Part shown: positions 15,857 through 22,717 of the stretch, piece after piece | Layout of the letters: each line of letters begins with the position of its first letter | Numbering within the stretch: the first letter of the stretch is position 1 | DNA from: Candidatus Eiseniibacteriota bacterium | GTDB lineage: Bacteria > Eisenbacteria > RBG-16-71-46 | Length of the DNA stretch: 22,717 nucleotides | Assembly (NCBI GenBank): GCA_044222065.1 | Contig: JBGAOA010000067.1 | Location: forward strand, 1-22,717 | Reading direction: 5' to 3' | Translations under genes and position numbers: made by a program | Notes under the pieces: model-generated | The model's database searches: none | Told to the model about the DNA's origin: nothing | What the model saw: the letters and a program-made list of their open reading frames with translations, nothing else

Positions 15857-16093
15857 TCGATGGTTCTCCGGGTGGATCCGCGACGCGTCGCGGAGCGCGG
15901 GCTCGGCGGGATCGGCAGGGAATCTAACGCATTGCCGCGCCGGAGCGTTTCGACCGCCCCGTGCGGCGCCCACGAGCGCGGAGCGGGGCGCGCCGAGCGC
16001 GGCGCGCGTTGCCTGCGCGAGCGATCGCCGACTATCCTGCGCGCGGCTGCCGACACACCCCACGGATAGACGCTCACCGGAACGGAGTCTGAC

Positions 16094-16576
16094 ATGAAGA
16101 AACTGTTGTGCCTCGGCGCGCTGCTCGCGCTGCTTCCGACCACGGCGCTCGCCCAGCAGCGCCTCGCGACCGCGTTCGGCCCGCGCGTCGGCGTGAGCAC
16201 CGGCCCCGACCAGCTCGTCCTCGGTGGTCAGCTCGATCTCGGCGAGGTCGCGCCCGACCTCACGTTCACGCCGAGCGGCGAACTGGGCTTCGGCGATCAC
16301 ACGACGACGATCCAGCTGAACGGCGACTTCCACTACCACTTCCGCGTGCAGGGCTCGCCGTGGCGGCCCTACCTCGGCGGCGGCATCGGAATCGCGTTCT
16401 ACAGCTTCGACGTGCCGGCCCCGTTCGACGACTCGGACACCGCGGTCGGCGCGAACGTCGTCGCGGGCGCGATCGTCCCGACGCAGAGCGGGAGCCGATT
16501 CTTCACTGAGCTGAAGCTCGGGATCGGCGACGTGCCCGACCTGAAGATCCTCGTCGGCTGGAACTTCGCGCTCTGA
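16094..16576 (+). CDS. Outer-membrane beta-barrel protein
   Basis: Signal MKKLLCLGALLALLPTTALA, GGAG RBS, RPYLGGGIG, C-terminal VGWNFAL. TATCCT -10-like element at 16033-16038. Confidence 0.85.
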   Translation: MKKLLCLGALLALLPTTALAQQRLATAFGPRVGVSTGPDQLVLGGQLDLGEVAPDLTFTPSGELGFGDHTTTIQLNGDFHYHFRVQGSPWRPYLGGGIGIAFYSFDVPAPFDDSDTAVGANVVAGAIVPTQSGSRFFTELKLGIGDVPDLKILVGWNFAL

Positions 16577-16591
16577 GCGCGGCGTGACTCG

Positions 16592-16617
16592 CGAGGGCGG
16601 CCCGGTGGCCGCCCTCG
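16592..16617. terminator. 11-bp hairpin between convergent genes
   Basis: CGAGGGCGGCC-cggt-GGCCGCCCTCG. Confidence 0.65.
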
Positions 16618-16630
16618 TCGCGTTCGCGCG

Positions 16631-18541
16631 CTACTTCGCGGCGCCGCGCGGCAGGTACGGGTTCGGCTCGCGCGACACGACGAGTGGGCTCAGCGCGGGC
16701 TCGGGCCGCAGCCCCGCCTTGCGCGCCGCCTCCTCAGCCTCGACCCGGGCCTTGAGTTCGATCACGTTCCGATCGCCGGGACGGATCTCGAGCAGCCGGT
16801 CGAGCGCCCAGCGCACCTCGCCGTAGTCGGGGATCCGCGACGCCGCGGCGGCGAGCCCGAGCAGCGCGGCCCAGTTCTTGGGCTCCTTCTCGAACGCGGC
16901 GTGGTACGCGGCGATCGCCTCGGGGAGGTGCCCCGCGAGGTTCTCGCTCGTCGCGAGCTGGAGCAGCATGCGCGGGCTCGGCGACGTCTCGACGGCGCGG
17001 CGGAACGCGAGCACGGAGGGCTCCCAGCGCTCGAGCTGGTTGTAGCGCGTGCCGACGAAGTCCCAGAGCCGCGCGCGCTCCGCGTCCGAGCGTCGCGGCG
17101 GCCCGTTCGCGAGCGCCTCGGCGCGAGCGACGCCGCGCGTGTCGTCCGAATCGAGCGCCATGCCGAGCACGGTCGGGACGAGCACGGCGAGCAGCGTCGC
17201 GGGCGCGAGCCAGGCGAAGCGCGGCGCGCCGCGCAGCGTCTCGATGACGATCCACGCGCACGCGAGCCCGAGCCCGGCGCCCGCCATCGCGAACACGTCC
17301 CAGTCGCGCGCGAGCCCGTTCACGGGATGCACGAACGGGATCATCGCGACCCACGGCAGCGCGAGCAGCGCGAGGAACGCGCCCTCGCGGCGGCGCGGCA
17401 CGTCGCGGCCCATCGCGAGCAGCGCCGCGAGCGCGGCCGGGAGCACGGGCGCGAGGTGCAGCACGAGGTTCGGCGCATCCACGGCGCGCACGCCCGCGAA
17501 CGCCGCCGCGAACGGCCCGCCCGCCGCCGCGACTTCGGGCGGCGCGTAGTGCACGCGGTCGTACGTCGCGACGAGGCGCACGGTCTTGGCGGCCGAGGCG
17601 GCGAGCGCCGCGCCGGCGATCGCGATCCCCGCCCACGCGCGCCGTTCGCGCGCGAGCGCCGGGTTCGCGCGCCCGCCCGCGTGGTACGCGAACGCGACGG
17701 CCGGCAGCACGAGCGGGCCCGAGCGGTGGAGCAGCACCGCGAGCGCGGTCGCGACGCCGAGGCCGAGTGCGCCGCCCTCGCCGCGCGCGACGCGCACGCC
17801 GAACGCGCCGATCGCCGCGATCGCGACGACGAGTTCGGTGAACGCCTTGCCGTAGCCCGCGAACAGCGCGAATGCGCCGCCGAACGTCGCGACGCCGGCG
17901 CCCGCGACGAGCAGCGCTCCTTTCGCGCCCGCCGAGCGCGCGAACGCGAACGCGAAGCCGCCGAGCAGCGCGGCCTCGATCGCGTCCATCGCGCGTGCGA
18001 CGAGGTTCGGATCTCCGAGCCGGGCGCGGTCGAACGCGATCGGCACGGTCGAGTGCAGGAACGCATCGAGCGGCAGCGCCTGCGGCCACACGCGCTCGGG
18101 CACGAGCCCGATCTCGGCCGATCCCTGACGCAGCAGGAAGTCGCCGACGAACCGCGTGCGGTCGGGCAGCGCCCACGCGATCGCCGCGGCGCACGCGCCG
18201 AACGCGAGCGCGCCGCGCGCGGGCCGGCGCTCGCGCGCGCGCCCCGCGGCCTCGAGCGCCGCGGCCGCGCGCTCGCCGAGCGGAGGCACGAGCGCGAGCG
18301 CGACGAGCGCCCACGCGCTCCAGCCGAGCGCCGGCGGCAGGAAGCGCGGCGCGGCGAGGCTCCAGGCGTAGGCGCCGGGCGCGTACGGCGCCGCGGCGCG
18401 CACGAGCGCGAGCACGACGTGCGCCGCGGCGAGCGCCCACGCCGCGCGCGTCGCGGCGGCCTCGGCGAGCGGCGGCGTCACGGGCGGCGCCGCGGCCGCC
18501 GCGGATCCCGACCGCTTCGGCCGGCGGCGCTCGCGGGCCAC
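16631..18541 (-). CDS. Polytopic membrane protein with C-terminal TPRs (possible GT-C fold glycosyltransferase)
   Basis: GTG 18541 is 5 nt after the dsbD stop. Many TM segments, loop motifs RFVGDF and ARDWDVF, TPR-like tail AYHAAFEKEPKNWAALLGLA. Confidence 0.65.
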   Translation of the reverse strand: MARERRRPKRSGSAAAAAPPVTPPLAEAAATRAAWALAAAHVVLALVRAAAPYAPGAYAWSLAAPRFLPPALGWSAWALVALALVPPLGERAAAALEAAGRARERRPARGALAFGACAAAIAWALPDRTRFVGDFLLRQGSAEIGLVPERVWPQALPLDAFLHSTVPIAFDRARLGDPNLVARAMDAIEAALLGGFAFAFARSAGAKGALLVAGAGVATFGGAFALFAGYGKAFTELVVAIAAIGAFGVRVARGEGGALGLGVATALAVLLHRSGPLVLPAVAFAYHAGGRANPALARERRAWAGIAIAGAALAASAAKTVRLVATYDRVHYAPPEVAAAGGPFAAAFAGVRAVDAPNLVLHLAPVLPAALAALLAMGRDVPRRREGAFLALLALPWVAMIPFVHPVNGLARDWDVFAMAGAGLGLACAWIVIETLRGAPRFAWLAPATLLAVLVPTVLGMALDSDDTRGVARAEALANGPPRRSDAERARLWDFVGTRYNQLERWEPSVLAFRRAVETSPSPRMLLQLATSENLAGHLPEAIAAYHAAFEKEPKNWAALLGLAAAASRIPDYGEVRWALDRLLEIRPGDRNVIELKARVEAEEAARKAGLRPEPALSPLVVSREPNPYLPRGAAK

Positions 18542-18546
18542 GTCGC

Positions 18547-20423
18547 TTACCTGCCGAGCGCGGCGTTCTCGGAACGCGCCACGCGCATGCGCTCGAGGAA
18601 GTCGTCCGCGGGCAGGAATCCCTCGACGCGCGCGACGCGCACTTCGCCGCCGCCGTTCTTCAGGAACACGACGGTCGGCACGCCGGTGATGTCGTACTGC
18701 TTGCGCCACGCCTCGGCCTCGGGCGAGTCGTAGCGCGTCAGGTCCACCTTGAACGCGGCGAAGTTCGCGGCCTCGGCGATCACGCGGCGGTCGGTGAACG
18801 TGAAGTTCTCGAGTTCGTGGCAGGGCACGCACCAGTCGGCCGAGAAGTCCACCATCACGACCTTGCCCTGCGCGAGCGCCGCGTCGAGCGCCTCGTGCGA
18901 CGCGGGCGCGAACGGCACCGACTTCGCGCCCGAGTTCATGACGATCCACGCGCCGCCGACGAGTCCCGCGACGCCGACCGCGCGCTTGAGCCACTGGAAG
19001 CCGCGGCGCTTCGCGGCGCTCTTCTCGAGGAAGCCCAGGTACAGACCGCCGGCGATGAGGGCGACCGGAACGACCGTCCCGGCCGACTTCGGCGCGAACG
19101 CGAGCAGCGCGTAGAACAGCCCGACCGCGACGAGGATCACGCCGAACACCTTCTTCACCCACACCATCCAGTCGCCGGAGCGCGGCAGGTTCTGGAGCAG
19201 GTTCGAGAACGTGCCGAGCACGAGGTACGGGAAGCCGAGTCCGAGCGCGAGCGCGAAGAACGTCGTGAAGCCGAACACCGGGTCGCCCTTCGCGCCGACG
19301 ACGGCGAGCAGCGCGACGACCGGCGGGCCGACGCACGGCGCCGCGAACACGCCGACCACGAGGCCCGAGAGGAAGATGCCGATCGCGCTCGTGCCCTGCG
19401 CGCCGCCGAGCTTCGACAACAGCCACGCCGGCGGCTGCAGCTCGTAGAGCCCGAACATCGAGAGCGACAGCGCGATCATGAGCGCGCCGATCGCGAGCAG
19501 CACGACCGGGCTCTGCAGGAACGAGCCGAACAGCCCGCCCGTGAGCGCCGCGACGACGCCGAGCGTGCTGTACATGATCGCCATGCCGAGCACGTACAGC
19601 AGCGCGAAGCCGATCACCTGCGCGGGCGGCGCCGAACGGCGCGCGCCGAAGATGGACACGGTCACGCCGAGCATCGGGTAGACGCACGGCGTCAGGTTGA
19701 GCGCGAGGCCGATCAGGAACAGCGTCAGGTACGCGAGCAGTCCGCCGCTCTCGATCCGCTTCGCGAGCGGGTTCTCGATCGTGGCCGCGGCCGGATTCGC
19801 GGGCGGTGCGGTCGTGAAGCCCGCGCCGGGCGCGGCGGCCGGCGGAGCCTCGGCGGCGCTGTCTGCGGGCGTCTCGCCGGCCGGCGCGTCCGCCGGCGGC
19901 GCGGCGCCGCCCGTCACCTCGACGTCGATCGTGAACGGCACGCTCGCGGGCGCGAGGCACACCTGGTCGTTGCAGGCCTGGAAGCGCACGACGCCGCGCA
20001 GCGTGCGGACGCCGTTCGTCGCGTTCGCGGCGGCGCGCAGCGGCAGCGTCGCCGTGACGGTGCCGTCCCACACGAGCAGCGGCTCGGGATCGATCTCGAG
20101 CTTCACGATGCGCGGCGCCGGATAGCGCGGCGCGGCCGCCGTGACGCCGGCCGCCCCGGTCAGCTCGACCTCGGTCGGGATCAGCGTCTCGTTCGCGGGC
20201 GGATTCGCGTTCACGTGCCAGTGCTCGAGAATCGTGAGCGCGATCGCGGCGTCGGCCGCGCCGCCGGCCGCGAGCTTCACCGGCGCGGCCTTCACGCGCA
20301 TCATCTCGGCCGGCTTCGGGGCGTCGCCGAACTGCGCGCGCGCCGCGAGCGGGGCGAGCAGCGTCACGGCCGAGAGCGCCGCGAGCGCGAGGCGCCGCGG
20401 CGAGAGGGAACGAACGAACGCGA

Positions 20424-20427
<4 letters not shown>
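18547..20427 (-). CDS. dsbD: Thiol:disulfide interchange protein DsbD (alpha, TM-beta and thioredoxin-gamma domains)
   Basis: [33 protein letters not shown] and [14 protein letters not shown] overlap with the upstream gene. Confidence 0.93.
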
Positions 20428-22553
<2,126 letters not shown>

Positions 22554-22599
22554 GCGGTCGATGGACGCGCCATGCGCGCGGACGATCCTCGGGGACTAG

Positions 22600-22717
22600 G
22601 CTCCGTTCGAAAACCCGCTTGCCGCGTTGGCTCGGTCGTTCGTCACTGCGGAGAATCCTGCGGACACACCTCGTTCCTCACTCCCTCGCCGCCTTGCACT
22701 CGGGTTTTCAAACGGAG
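22600..22717. repeat. MITE/REP-like inverted-repeat element, cut by the window edge
   Basis: CTCCGTTCGAAAACCCG 22601-22617 vs CGGGTTTTCAAACGGAG 22701-22717 (16/17 complementary). Preceded by CTAG at 22596-22599. Confidence 0.7.

Noticed and set aside
13922..16069. C-terminal ~716 aa of the 1138-aa ORF as a real fusion
   Set aside because: It is the antisense shadow of the aspartyl protease gene and is reached only through the suspect GGA codon.

Overview
Very GC-rich bacterial DNA (hand counts about 70% in typical lines). The OM beta-barrels, DsbD and FlgD-type C-terminal tag indicate a diderm, possibly Ca. Eisenbacteria-like (inference only). About 19 real CDSs sit among many antisense shadow ORFs. 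In order: SIR2-like protein (lower GC), Tat-signal Acg-type nitroreductase, Mut7-C/PIN RNase, GT2 plus WecA/TagO, TPR protein, OM beta-barrel, Eis-like GNAT, thioesterase, small Tat protein plus amidase, MarR, HExxH-degenerate zincin-like protein, GIFT/GATase-like plus FlgD secreted protein (expected stop reads GGA), double-retropepsin/PDZ protease, second beta-barrel, and a yyaL-dsbD-membrane/TPR operon. Main observations: (1) the SIR2-like gene lies in a ~973-bp integrase-free cassette at the nitroreductase 3' end, bounded by two synonymous copies of the codons for AVALVSSF (1-24 and 974-997); (2) the Mut7-C gene is flanked by two promoter-driven structured RNA candidates (about 2311-2376 and 2961-3084); (3) a small Tat subunit precedes a signal-less amidase; (4) a ~120-bp inverted-repeat MITE-like element lies at the right edge. 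No rRNA, tRNA or CRISPR array was seen. All family calls come from motif recognition, not database searches.
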